A DNA stretch of 64,000 nucleotides. It comes from Magallana gigas (taxonomy: Eukaryota). Below, in pieces: positions 13,441 through 27,479 of this stretch. The position numbers and the translations under genes are program-made. Position 1 is the stretch's first letter. Every line of letters starts with the position of its first letter. The notes beneath the pieces were generated by a model, which saw only the letters and a program-made list of their open reading frames with translations, had not been told where the DNA came from and did not search any database. The DNA is taken from positions 5,952,001 through 6,016,000 of the forward strand of contig NC_088862.1 in assembly GCF_963853765.1 (NCBI RefSeq). Direction: 5' to 3'.

Positions 13441-16432
13441 TTACTGATCCCTTGTATCAAAGATCATTAGTTTTTCATCTGAAATGCATTATTACAACGT
13501 GAATCTTTAACTAATTCTCGTAGTGAACATAAGTAACAAATTGGGATTAAAAATAAACAGTGTTGTTGTTTTCATTTATTTCTTACGTCAAACAACCCCG
13601 ACACTCAGTTAACTAAATTTTTATCTTTAAAACATTGAAAAAGTGACTGTTTGATTTAGCTTCGCCATTTAGCCACCTTTCAATTGCTTGATTGAAAAGA
13701 GTTATATATTTTCTACATTATATGAAACATTGAGACTTTTAAGCATTATAGTATTCACAATTAATTACTGTAACCGTTGGTATTCAATGTCAATGGAATT
13801 CTATTGTTAAGTTGAAATACTCAATTAAAATGTTTATATATGCAGTATCTAATAACAAAGTGTTTTGATACGACATTTGTCCTGAATTTTACCTAACTCT
13901 GTGATTAAAACTTTAACAATAAAATTTTATTCACACAAATATTTGTAAAACCGCAGTATGTAGCTATTATGGATCATTTTGCTGTCGCCTTTTTGTTACA
14001 AAACACCACAGGAACACACTTTACGAATCTGATGGTTCACAAACTTCTGGATGGACAGCTTCCTTCTGGGCTTCATATCTGCATAAACCTTGATCGAGTA
14101 CTTGGCGTTGTCTTTTTGAGCAGTTTTCACCTTGAAAACTAGAAAATAATATTAAAAGTGTTATACCTAGCTGTTCATAATCGAAATTTTACTGCTGTTT
14201 TATAGTGCATTATGACCAGTTTAAAAATTTGGCTTCAAGAGAGTTTTATAAATAATTTTTTTTCGAAGAAAGTGAGATTTATTAAACAATATTAATCCAG
14301 ACCTAGTTTAGTAGGCTAGGTCATTTGATTAATTATTGAAGATTTAGAAGTAATCATGATGATATTAATTCACTATGTGAACTAATACTTTCCGCGATGT
14401 GAAACCCATTGTGAAAAACACGGTTTAAAATAAATGTGTCAAATATCATAGAAATTGAATTCATTTCTCTATAAGCCTTCATTGAGTTCCTGACGTCGAC
14501 TTTAAGAGCAATTTTTACCTTGTAAACTAAAACAATAGTATTTTAACTACTAAATCTAGTTGTTAATCAAGTTTTATGTAATACATATTTTCTTCATCTT
14601 ACAATATATTTTTATCTCTTTATCTCGAAATGGCTTTATGAATGGTTTACATGGATGTGAAGATAACAAGGTAAGATAAAATTTTTAGTTTGGGCATTAA
14701 AGGTCATATGAAACGATATCCTGACCATATTGAGTTATAAACGGGAATGAGTTCATAAGTGCCTATTTAATAAGACTGACATTCTTTTGGTTTTTTTTTT
14801 TGGATATTTTATGCAAAATGTGAGCGCCACAGTCAATCAAAACCACTTAAATGGGAAAAGGAACATTGACTTACGCGGCTTACCTCCCTTGCTTATGACG
14901 TCAGTAAGACCCACTAGCCTTATAAAACTATGTTGTGAATACAAATATCCATGTCATTTTGCAGCATTTTAAAAGAAAATAAATACTATTTTATATAAAA
15001 ACGATATAATAATTATACAATAATCAACCGCGTCAGTATTTTTTCTCTCAAGAAATGAAATCGTGTGCCTTATTTAATAGCGTGTACATATTCAGTTTCG
15101 AGACTGCACGGAAAATGAATGATTTTCCAATTAGATCCACATGCAGGTATAATAAAATTTTAGTATATGCATGTATATATATGTTTATTTCGATCTTTTT
15201 AATGAAATTGACAAATTAAAAAATAACTGATCGTTTTTGCCCATTTGCACATTCATACAATTCATTAAGATTTTTTTCTAAACAACTTTATTGTGCATCA
15301 TTCACTTCACGATTTTATTGTTTGTTTTGCTTTCAAATTCACAAATATGTTACCATTTAATCATTTTTGTCTAAGAGAAATTTCTTTAAATATTTTGTTT
15401 TTGAAACGTGTACTTGTATGTGCGGTGTTTACTAACAGATCCCCTATATCCCACTTTCTTCCGCAATGTTTTCTTTAGTTTTTTATCATCATTGATGCTT
15501 GTTCTTAATAAAATCTGTTGATTCTCTTCACATTCGTTCACTACTGTTTTTATCAAACAACCGATTTATTTTACCGATACATTTCTAAATCCATAAATGC
15601 CATATTTCCGCGATCAAATTTAATAAAACGTTAATACACGTGTACACAAAGTATTTTCTAAAGATATTGCTACATGTATATTTTAATAAGTCATCAGAAA
15701 TTTATATTATTTCAAAATTAAATTTAACATTATTTTTGCGGCAATTTATAGCAGCTCTTAAATACAAACTATGTACACAATGCCTCAAACAGTTTCGAAT
15801 TCACTGGCCTGCCTTATATTTTTTATGTGACAAAATAAGTCAAATCAATTAAAATGCTTTAATTCCCTTTAAATGTAGCTCAATTATTATACGTACCGAA
15901 GAAGAAAATGATGTTTCTATTACAAAAGGATAAGGATGATTCATTAATCAGCTGTTAATGTTAGAGCATTTCTTTCGTTAAATTTCCATTGTAGTATGGG
16001 ATCTTCTACTCTGGTGAGAGGCTGATATTAGATATATTCATTAACGATTAATTAAAACTAAGTCATCTGTAGGTTACTGCGAAATCAAATGATCTCATTT
16101 GAAAAGAAAGACACGTTCATATATGCCAAAATTACTAAAACTTAATCGATAAACTACTGTAAAATTACACTAGTTACATCGGTGGGTCTGTGTGACGTCA
16201 TAAATCCACAAAATCATGCAAGAACGATAAGCGGGGAAGAATTTTTTCAGGTGCTCAGTTTTCACCCCCCCCCCCAAAAAAAAACCAAAAACTTACATCA
16301 CGTATTTTAATATTTGTTTATACCAAGCTTTATATTTATGAAAGAAAATCATAGTGTTAAAAGTCATTTCATATTACCTTTAAGGTCAAATACGTAGAAA
16401 GCCATACTTTTTACCGCCGCTCTTTTTGCCAT
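13441..16432 (-). CDS. Small basic 99-aa protein with a probable stefin (type-1 cystatin) fold, lacking QxVxG
   Basis: Exons 16432-16415 (MAKRAA, least certain), 14518-14389, 14138-14025, 13478-13441, all GT-AG and in phase. Product: MAKRAAVKIALKVDVRNSMKAYREMNSISMIFDTFILNRVFHNGFHIAEIFKVKTAQKDNAKYSIKVYADMKPRRKLSIQKFVNHQIHEKLMIFDTRDQ. By eye the FxxF..FKV..YSIKVY..KLSI..HEKLMIF pattern parallels stefin B. Confidence 0.6.
14701..16379. mobile_element. TTAA-flanked non-autonomous DNA transposon (Kolobok-like termini); partial second copy at ~23503-23940
   Basis: TTAA at 14697-14700 and 16380-16383; termini AGGTCATATGAAA and TTTCATATTACCT; 14701-15060 is clearly homologous to 23503-23800. Confidence 0.7.
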
Positions 16433-16926
16433 GTACAAACTTCAAAATGTTGTTGTGTGTCCATTAAGTTTAAAACAGTAGTTCAGAGTTTGATTCACAT
16501 GTTATTTAAGAAATGGTAAAAATATATTTTCAATTGTGTAAATCCTGTGTATAAATTGCTGCTATAATATTGTATAGAGAGTAGTAGCGTTTACAAGCAC
16601 ATGCCACCTCCAAGGCCCCTCTGTTATCACAAGCCATACTTTAAGCTTTGTTTATAAAGGCTACATTGCAAATTTACCAACTGATGAAAAAAACGTTCCC
16701 AAGAAGATGCAAGAATACACTTGGTCGATTCAATAGAGGGAATTACAATGTTGTACGTGAATCAACTAAATAAAAATGTCCACACTCAACTTACTCCTGG
16801 CAGAATTGCAGAATTGGTGAATTCTCAGCATTTGACAACATCTATGGATTATTTACAAACTGGACAAGACTAAACATGAAAATACAAACTCTTGCTCACG
16901 ACCTTTAAAACAAAAAGGTCTAAAAA

Positions 16927-19673
16927 CTAGACTCTTGTTGCTATAGCAACAAAAAGGTCTTCCGTTTCTCATGTCTTTATCGGTATAAAAAAAAATTCTT
17001 TTTTTCTTTTAAAAGAAAATGGATACAATATATACTGTAAAAGAATACGGAATAAAATATTTCTAAGTTAAACAAAACAAAAAGACTCAATTTCTGAGTA
17101 CTTTCTGTGACAACCGGCAGTTACGACGGATCGATTAAAACATAGCAAACCATATCTTCATACGTTGTTTTGTCTTTCATCAAAGTTTGGATGTTCAAGT
17201 TTTTTTAGTTATAATATCTCGTTGAGTAAAGGTTTTCGTCTCGGGACTGGAAACGGACAAACAGAAGTGATTAAAGAAATTAAAAGTAGATATATTTAGT
17301 ACATTTACCTACGATACGTTACTGTTCTTCACTCTGAGTGAAATGTTAAAAAAAATTCTAAAGTTAAAAAATTAACCTCTATTACTAAAGCGCTTCGAGC
17401 GAGTACCGGAAGTGACGTACGGCCAAATGAAACCCGTTAAATACATGTTCAATCAAATGTCCAGTATCCATAAATGTTTTGTGGCTTGATCTCTCTCAGT
17501 TTCTGAGATATTGTGGGTAGTTTGTTTTTAAAAAAGAAGGCTACCTGAGATATTTGAGATGTCTCATCGGAAGTAGAACTTTTTTACGTTTTTTTTTATC
17601 ATGTGTAGATGACCTTTTGTGTTTTAAAGTAGATCCAGTGTTCTGTGACGTCACACTTTTTTGTAAAACTTTGAATTCTTTAAAAATTGTGCAAGATAGT
17701 TTAATTTATTTTATGTGAATATAATCACATGGATGTAATTAGAGTTATTGGTAGGTTAAAGATATTTTCGCACTTAATTTTATACTAAATTTCCAAATTT
17801 TTATATATTTTATCTATGCAAAGGGGAAATAACTCTTTTTCTGACTTTTCTCTCAGTTGTATGTCTAAATGCTATAGTTTTCCTTATTCTAAAGATTAAT
17901 TTTAAAATATTTTTGTAATTTTAGTTTTCTGATAAAGTTGACATTAAATTTAAACAAGAAAAACAAATTTCTGCCTACAAGATTTTACTTTTAACAGAAA
18001 AAAATACATTTTTCTAATGCTAAAATATGCTTTAGTTTATGTTTATCTGGCATCTCAAAAAGTGTGATGACACGTATATTTTTTCTAACAATTGATGACA
18101 TTTAAGTCTATTAAGTCGAAATCAGTTCGGTTTTTCAACTTTCCTCAGAGAATTTTACGAGTATGGAGCTACCTTAATAGCTAAAATGTTACTTCCTTGC
18201 TTAATAACCAACATATTTTTAAAAAATCAGAATTTGGTGTACTTGCTGTGACGACCTGAAGTTACGTCGGATAAAACCAAATAATGTGAACACATGTACA
18301 TACATATGTCTTTAATCCCACAAAGTTTGGTTGTTCAAGTCTTCACCGTTTTTAAGATCTTGTCGAAAAAAGGGTTTTTGTCTCGGGAAACGGACAAACG
18401 GAAGGGCTAAATGAAAATTAAATTTGTTATTTTTTATTTACTTGCCTATTTTACATTATTATTTATCGGAGTACCTTAAACTATGGAGTGAAAACAGTTA
18501 AACAGATAAACAGCTTGATTTGACGACAAAATGAAACTGTCTAAACATATCTTCAATCAAATGTCTATCATCCATGAAAAATTCGTGTCTTGATCACTTT
18601 ATAGTTTCTGAGATCTTGCGGGTACAAAATATGTTCTAAAAAGCTTACTGAGATAATCGAGATATTTCATCGGAAGTAGAATTGTTTTTGTTTATTTAAC
18701 ATTGCATAGATGACATACGTAAGGAACTATACTTATATCTTCATTCTACGGAAAATTAATTAGATACGTAAAAATAAAAAAAAATTGAAGTGCTTCCGGT
18801 GACGACCGAAAGTAACGCCGAACAAAACAAAAATGTTCAAACACATTTACAACTAAAGGTCTATCACCCCTTAACGATTAAATGTTCCAGTCTTTACCGT
18901 TTCTGAGATCTAGAGTGACAAGATTTTTTGTCGCGGGACAGGAAACGAACAATCGGAAGTGCTCAATGTAAATTGTATTAAATATTTGTTGTATATTTGC
19001 CCTTTGTACATTATTGTTCATTGAGCTAACAACAAACATCAAAGGAAAACAGTTAAACTGATAAACAGCTCCATTAGTTTGAACTCTTCCTATGTGGCCT
19101 GGAAGTGACGGAAGAAAAAATAAAACCAATTAAACACATCTTCAATCAAATGACTACAATCCATGAAAGTTTTTGGGCTTGATCATTAATAGTTTCTGAG
19201 ATCTCGTGGGTACAAATGGGTTTTAAAAAAGTTACCTGAGATACTTGAGATATCTCACCAGAAGTAGAATTCTTTTGTTCATATAACATTGCATACATAA
19301 CCTATGTATAAATTTATACTTATATATTTATTCTATGTAAAAGGAATTTAATGCGTAAAAGTTATTATTTTTGAAGTACTTCCGGTGACAACCGGAAGTT
19401 ACGACGAACAAAACAAAATAGTTTAAACACATCTAGAGCTATAAGTCTATCATCCCACAACGTTTGGATGCTTAAGTCATTACCGATTCTGAGATTTCGA
19501 GATGACAAGCTTTTTCAACGCGGGACAGAAAACGGACAACCGAAAATGATTTTGGACAAAAAAAAAAGCCTTGAGATATTGTCGTTATCTTTTATTCCAG
19601 GAAATTTCACAAAAATCTGTCCAGCCATCTCTGAGAAATCGTGTGGACAAAAAAAAGGGGAAAAAATAATTAA
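16927..19673 (+). mobile_element. Helentron/HINE-like composite repeat, copy 1 of a head-to-tail pair
   Basis: Starts ACTAGAC + palindrome TTGTTGCTATAGCAACAA + AGGTCTTCCGTT; degenerate internal subrepeats with ~590-bp period, rich in CCGGAAGT. Confidence 0.6.
17628..18173. mobile_element. 546-bp TTAA-flanked MITE nested in the Helentron-like copy 1
   Basis: TTAA at 17624-17627 and 18174-18177; termini AGTAGATCCA / TGGAGCTACC; absent from the equivalent position (~20345) in copy 2. Confidence 0.7.
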
Positions 19674-21120
19674 CTAGACTATTGTTGCTATAGCAACAAA
19701 GAGGTCTTCCATTACTCTTGTATTAATCTGTACAAAACATCCATTTATCTTGTAAAAAAAATGGATATTATATATACTTTAAAAGAATTCCCAAGAAATA
19801 AAAACAAAAAAACAAAATATCAATTTTTTGAGTGCTTTTTGTGACGACCGGAAGTTGCGCCGGATCATACAGAACAAAGTAAAAATATCTTCATACATTG
19901 TTTTGTTTTTCCTCAAAGTTTGGATGTTCAAACTTTTGCTTGTTATAATATTCCGTTGAAAAAATGTTTTTCTCTCGGGACCGGAAACGAACGAACGGAA
20001 GTGATTATGAAATTGAAAATACACATTTTAGTACATATACCTACGATTCGTTACTATTCATCAAATTGAGTAAAATGTTTTAAAAAATCTAAAGTTACAA
20101 AAAATGCTTTAGCTTGAACGCTTCGAGTGAGAACCGGAAGTGACGTACGACCAAATGAAACCCGTTAAACACATGTTCAATCAAATGTCCATTATCCATA
20201 CAAGTTTTGCGTCTTAATCTTTCACAGTTTCTGAGATCTTGCGAGTACTTTGTTTTTTTTTTTAAAAAGAAGGCTACCTGAGATATTTGAGATGTTTTAT
20301 CCGAAGTAGGACTTTTTATGTTTTTTTTACCATGTGTAGACGACCTTTTCTAAATTTATAGCTAAAATGTTACTTCCTTGCTAAGAACCAACATATTTTT
20401 AAAAAATCAGAATTGGGTGAACTTGCTGTGACGACCGGAAGTAACGCCAAACAAAACAAAATAGTGTACACACATGTACATTCATAGGTCTATCACCCCA
20501 CAAAGTTTGGTTGTTAAAGCTTTACCGTTTTTGAGATCTCGTCGAAATTAGGTTTTTTGTCTCGGGACAGGAAACGGGCAAACGGAAGTGCTGAATGATA
20601 ATTTAATTTTTTTATTTCTTGTTTTCTTGCCTATCTTACATTATTATTTGTCGAAGTAACTAAAACTATCGAATGAAAACAGTTGAACGGATAAACAGCT
20701 TGATTTGTTACAACCCTTCCGGTGTGGACCGGAAGTGACGGTCGACAAAATGAAACTGTTTAAACATATTTTCAATCAAATGTCTAATATCATAAAAGTT
20801 TTGTTTCTTGATTACATACAGTTTCTGAGATCTTGCGGGTACAAAATATAATTTAAAAAAGCTCTCTGAGATAATTGAGATATCTCACCGGAAGTAGAAT
20901 TTTTTTGTTTATTTAACATTGCATAGATGACATTTGTAAGGATCTATACTAAAATTTTTATTCTTTGGAAAATAAATTAATTACTTAAAAATAAAATTTT
21001 TTAAAGTGCCTCCGGTGACGACCGAAAGTTACGCCGAACAAAATAAAAATGTTAAAACACATCTACAACTGTAGGTCTCTCATCCCTCAAAGTTTGAATG
21101 TTCAAGTCTTTATCGTTTTT
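19674..21120 (+). mobile_element. Helentron/HINE-like composite repeat, copy 2 (3' truncated)
   Basis: Same head sequence at 19674; collinear with copy 1 apart from the nested MITE. Confidence 0.6.
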
Positions 21121-24024
21121 CAAAAATCACAATCTGGAAATGACAGTAATTATTCCAAAGGCTTTTTTTAGAATTTAAAAATGATTATGAAGTTATTAAG
21201 TTAATGATATATGCACGGTCATTTTATAACCACTTTTCAACTGTAATGAGACATGAAAATTCAAGAACATACGTGCAAAAAAATGAATATTATTTATTGA
21301 ATATCATCAAAGTTGAAAATAAAATATTTTTTACCGCAAAAAATATTAAATATTATTTTGGGATTCATTAAATTTCTTAAAAATCATCAATTCGATTGTG
21401 ACATAGATGTATCAATATTCATTTTATCGTATGAATGTTTATTCCAAGTACATCAAATTCGAATTAATTTCTTTGTATTCAACACGAAACACTGAAGTTT
21501 TGTCTCCCAAAAAATTACTTATCTACACTGCATTTTTACGGTGATCAATGGATTTTCTCATATGGTATACGTGTGTATTTTTTTTACTTCTACCTTTAAC
21601 ACTTTAAACCTCCGCTGACAATTTTTACGTTGAATGCAAAGAATGCAGAGAAAATGAATAATTACAAAGTATTAAGTGTTATGAGGTGTGCGCACAATCT
21701 CCCTGCATTGCCACCAGAGTACAGATACACGTTATCTAGAGCTTTTCATTGCAATTGTTATCGTTTTATCTCTAGTTTTTTTTTCCTGACCAGCCCTGAT
21801 GCTAAATGTATGTTAAGGGGAGTTGTTTGTGTTTGATTTTGTTGCATGTTTCAACTGATATATTATATTATATTCAACATTTTCTGTCTGTATTTTGTGA
21901 AAGGTGTCAAGCAATCACGGCTTGCTGTCATGCACCGAATGTTTGTGTTTGTTTTATATGTATTGCTAGAATAGTTAATACAAATGTTATGAGGTTCATC
22001 ACGTAGGTCATACTTTTTTCTTAAATGTTCGCACGGGTGCGCACCGACACAGAATGTCCGTGACATTTTCAACCTCAAACTTATTGGAAAAGTATAGAAA
22101 AAAAATATTCAGGCAAAGACAATTCTTTGATGAACATGTACATAACAACTTGGTTAATATGTGTGTGCTGATGCCTCTCATGAATACCACACGTTTCAAC
22201 AGCGTTTAAACTTAGCTAAAATCGTTTTAACCTTTCAAAAGAGTGTTCCAGTCGTATCATTTATAGCGCCACATTAGGACTTTTCTAGTCTCAATCTGAC
22301 TGACTTTATAGCCTCGAATTGATTTACGTTCAAAACACAAACGTCAGTATTACACTCTGCACGAGATATGAAGAGTCTTAGTCGGTAATTCTTATAATCT
22401 TATAAGAAAAACTGGATACCCCAAGAGTTTTTAAGAAGATATGTTGGGGCGGTGAAACATGGATATAACATGGGTAATAGCCAAGTATACACTCTGATGT
22501 TACTGATACGATGAATAAGTAATACCTAATTTTGTACATGACATGTATAATTGATTTCTACTAGTCATTTGGAGCATGCGCAGCTCAGTGAATGTTGTTA
22601 AGTCCTTTAGACAAAACAAAAATGCGGTAAATGTACGTGCGTCATGACATCAAAATATGCTGCAAGCCTTTAAAAAAATTTAAACAATACTTATTAAATT
22701 GCATTATTTAGCGCGAATTTACGCTATACCGATTTGACTAACAATAACAACAAATGTCATTACCTATATAACCGTCGTCATTTAAATCTGACACACTGAA
22801 GAAAAAATACCAGGGGCTTATCTCACTGCACTTCTAAATACATGTATGACATCATCTCCTTCCTAATGACGCAGTTAGAAACTTTAAGTTTTTAACTGCG
22901 TCATTTTAACTTTTTTTTGCATTTAATTTTTCAGATCTGAATTAAAATATTTAGATAAATAAATTTTTGTCGCTTTAAGCTGCATGTTCATAATTATTTT
23001 GCATCTAGGAAATACTTTTGGACAATATCTCATATATACAATACAAGTAAAAATTTCAATACTTTGAAATAATACCTTAGATTTTTTTCTGACGTATTTT
23101 TGGTCGAAAGATTTATTTTTTGATAAAATATAAATGTTATCTGTACAAACGCAGAGTGTGTTTTCTTTCAAAATCAGCCACATTTTTTCAAATATTTTGA
23201 AAAACCTTCAGTAAAATTTAAAATCAGCTGCGACAACATGCATATTATATTATGTTTAACTACGTATTTAGTGAAACAGATGTTTTCAAATGCAATTGTG
23301 TCAGTGATATGATTCATTAATGTCGGTAAATTGTGAATGTTTATGAAAACAATTTACAAGTTTGATAAATGGTCACATCTGGAATAACTAGTTTACTGAT
23401 ATTTTGATTTGACAAATGATACTCAAACGTTACAAACCTAGACTATTCGGGAAACGTGTTGCAACAAATCCTTGGTTGATATTTATGTTTGACTGATTTT
23501 TTAAGGTCTTATGAAACGAAATCTTGAGCATAATGAGTTATATACAAAACCAAGTTTATAAGTGCCTTTTAAATAAGACTGGCATTAGTTTTTTGTATAT
23601 TTCATGCAAAATACCGGCACCACAGTCGATCAAAATCACTCGATCAGGAAAAGGAACATCGATTTATGCGACCTACCTCATTTGCCTATGTCGTCAGTAA
23701 GACCCATATACCACCTTATATAAAAAAAATCTTATATAATTATACACGATTTAACCACGGCAGTATATGCTCTCTCAGGAAATCAAATTGTTTGGGTTTA
23801 ATTTTTATTTAACTAGTTATTATAAATTGTTTACGTCAGTTGATCTGTTTGACGTCATAAAGCCATAACATCAGAAACAATAAGCTGAGAACATTTTTTT
23901 TGAGGTGCTAAGTTTTTACGGGTATTTCTCGGTAATGCAGAGGCAAAAAATATACTCAGGTTAATTAACATTCTTTTATACTAAGATGTATATTTCGTCA
24001 CATTTGTGACAAAATGTGCATGTG

Positions 24025-24180
24025 TTAGGTTCGCGGATCCCCCTTTAGAAATTTCAAATTTCTTGAAATTACATAGTAAAATTACCCAAAATATACTCCC
24101 CCTCCCCCGGCAAACATAAATATTCCTCGAAACCCCCCCCCCTCCCCTCCTTGATAAAAAATTTCTGGATCTGCGCATAT
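24025..24180 (-). mobile_element. Short GGATC...GGATCC/G-tract MITE family (related copies at ~29021-29225 and ~44625-44766)
   Basis: Shared layout CATGCGC/GGATC, G or C tracts, AAAATTTCTGGAT in three dispersed copies. Confidence 0.55.
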
Positions 24181-24347
24181 GTTATTTATCCATAAACTAG
24201 AAAATCAATTTAAGTGGTTATAAATAATGCTAACTTGAAAGTTCTCATGTCGCTCAGAGGATCGTCAAATAGATATATTAAACGGTATCGACAATAGATT
24301 ATGCTACTCTCAGTACACATTTTCTATTGTTCGGGTTGCAAACCGTG

Positions 24348-26763
24348 ATGGTTTTGAAAAAGATGTCTTACATGTATCTTGCTGTTATATTGCCCAGCTT
24401 TGTCATCTTTGTTCAAGGTAAGAGTACGCCCTTTTTATAAAATGTCTTAACATGGGCAAGTAATTATTCAAGGCAATATGAGCTGCAATTTTCTTGGTGT
24501 ATATTTTTATTGTAAAATTTAAATTAACTACTACAATGACAAGACAAAAAACAACTTCTGTTAGTCATTCTTTTTTAGAAACTATGATCAAAGCAAACTT
24601 ACATTGTTGTTGCTTTGTACAGAAATTGATTTACTATAATTATAAGATTATTAGAGATTTTTTTCCGAAAAATAAAAATAAAATAAAATAAATGATTTTT
24701 AAATTATGTATTACTAAGGATTCAAATCCATGCAGAATTACCATGATAGCAAGTGTGTGCAGCAAAACAAACACAAAAGTTTTAAACGATACAGTTATAT
24801 TGCTTTGGAATCAAAGAAACTGCTTTTTAAAAATAATGTATAAATACTAGCTATATTTTTGTTTTGTTTTATAAATGCATTTGTATAAATTCATGATTGA
24901 TAATATTACATGAAAAACATACGAAGGTTTCAAGATAAGAGGTTTAATTTTTGGCAAATTTCTTTCATCATGTGATTTTGTTTCTTCTAGTTAATAAGTA
25001 AGACTTATAATGATTACTGTAAAATAAGATATTGTTTTTCGCGTTAAAATATCCAAAATTCAATTTGCTGTTTATACGATAACAAATAAAACATGCAACT
25101 AAATTTTATATAAGATGTTCTTTCAATTTCAATTTTGTAGGAGGTGATTCATCATGCTGGGAAGTAGGTGGGAGATGTCAGTCCACGTCAGCACCATGTC
25201 ATTATTATGGAAGTGGGTTATGCTCTGGTCCCGTAGACCGACAGTGCTGCATTATCGGTAAAATCAAACAGTAAAAATAATTGCGTTTATATGACCATAA
25301 TGAATGTAAGAATAAAACAACTTAAAAGTCAAAGTTCTTTACACCTTTCAAGAAAAAAGGGGGGTTTTGTCATGGGAAATATATGTAAATATCAAATGAT
25401 TTATTCTCCTTGTAATGATGGACTTTATACAAAAATGCACAAAAAATATAATTTTAGGTTCTTGAGAACAGCCTTAATGTTCTGGAATTTTAAAAGCCAT
25501 TAATGCAAATTATTGTTAATAATTCAATGATTTTACCTACATTGTAGTTTTTAAATGGGCATGGTCAAGATTTTGGTCAAAGAACAATTATTTTTTTTAA
25601 ATGTTTACTATATTTCAGCAAAGCGTTTTAAATAAGCAACCAAAATTTGATGGTTAGGCGTCGAGTTATAAGGGAGATACAGAGGTCAAAATTCTCTGTT
25701 ATGTAAACAATGTTTGGGTGATGTTTTTGTTTACATTTTGAATATTCCATGTTTAGACCTAAAGTGAATGTGACAAACACTAGGAACTGTTTATTTATGG
25801 ATCAAAACGAATCAGCAGATAGAAAAATCAGCCTGAAAAAGAACTTTAACCGGTATATGTACCAATGTAAACATAAACAAAGCACGAGCCTTGTTTACAT
25901 AGCAAAGAATTGAGAGTTTGTATCTTGCTTATAATTTTACGACCAACACTCAAATTTTGGCTGATCATTAGAAATGCATTACTAAAGAATTGTTAACCAT
26001 AAAAATTCAAAAATAAAATTTAGCCAAAATCGTGACCATGCCAATTTAATGTTACAATATTTATCAATTAAAGGGTTGTTTTCTAAAGTTAATGATATTG
26101 CATCACACTCAGTTGCTTTTATTTTATTACCAATAACCTTGAAGTAATTGGAATATTTCAGTGTCAATTCACAACGTGTTATAAATATTTTTAAATGCTT
26201 TTTTGAATGGTACATGTATATACAAACGTAATTAAAAATAAACTGTTTGTTTTAAATTATATGGCCGATGGTGAAACAGACATACATTCGATGTTTATTT
26301 AACTACTTATCATTTGATTTTGTTGACGAGTTAAAATTGAACAAAATAATTTACTAAACTTCAAGTTACAAATCATTGAAAGGCTATTTTATATTACCTA
26401 AAAATTAACGGTATAAGAGTGTCTCTATTGTCAAATATTAACATAGTTTCAACAAAAAACTATTTATTCTTTGCATGGTCATAGTTCGCTAATATTGAAA
26501 CTAAAAAAGTAAATTAATATTTGACATTTTCTGAGAATTTAGAAAGGAAACATATTGAATATTTTATCGTTACCCCTTCTCTGTTTTTTGATTTTCTTAA
26601 AGGGGCGGACATTAGCTGTGAGAGTCTAGGTGGAACATGTATGGACAACTCTAACTACTGCAGCAGAGGCTTTATAAGAGGAAGATGCGGGGGAGGTCTG
26701 TCCCGACAATGCTGTTTATCAGATGGACTAATGGCATCTATGTCTTCACCGCTGCAGGCCTAA
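24348..26763 (+). CDS. Secreted double beta-defensin-like peptide A (two 6-Cys modules)
   Basis: Exons 24348-24417 (signal peptide), 25141-25257 and 26603-26763, with phase-1 GT-AG introns. Product: MVLKKMSYMYLAVILPSFVIFVQGGDSSCWEVGGRCQSTSAPCHYYGSGLCSGPVDRQCCIIGADISCESLGGTCMDNSNYCSRGFIRGRCGGGLSRQCCLSDGLMASMSSPLQA. Confidence 0.88.
25555..26045. mobile_element. TTAA-flanked MITE in defensin-like gene A intron 2 (decayed relative at ~62110-62520)
   Basis: TTAA at 25551-25554 and 26046-26049; TIRs GGCATGGTCAAGATTTTGG / CCAAAATCGTGACCATGCC. Confidence 0.75.
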
Positions 26764-27479
26764 TCTAGTCCTGGTTCTGCCATATTGTAATGATCATATC
26801 TGATATTGAATGTCTAATACTAATACATGCTAATGAAAACTGATATCTTACTGTTTTTTTCTGATAATTGCTGGTTGAATTCGGCAACTATTCAAATTTT
26901 GTTGACGTGGTAATGATTTCGTTTCAAACTGATACTAATTGAGAGAGACGTTATAATTATTAAAACTATATTTCTAATTCTAGAAAAAGTGAAACAGAAT
27001 ATATTAATGAAATGAAATGAATATCAAGCAGTAGTAATAAACGAGCATATTTTTATTTTATTATCGATAATTATCTTCGAAGTTTTGAAAATTTAAAATT
27101 TAAAATCAAAATAGCATATAACACAGGGATCCCTGCTAAGGAATAAGTTCATTGCAAAGTTTAAAAAAAAATAATTTTTATCTGCTTGAACTTATTAACT
27201 TCTGAAGCACAAATCAATCCCAAAACGCGACGAAAACCTTTTTGAAAGATGGTATGTAGTTTTTGAATGTGGTAATTGTCGGAATTACCCATCATTTCAA
27301 GTTTGTCTGAACTCACATTAATTTTGACCTTTTTGAAGATATGTTATATATGTGCGTAACATATAAAGCAATTATTGAACAGTCATGATACATGATACCC
27401 CTAATATTTTGCCTGACTATTTGTGATAATGCTATTTATGGAGTAATTCTGCCAGTGTTCATCAGAACACGCTCCAACA

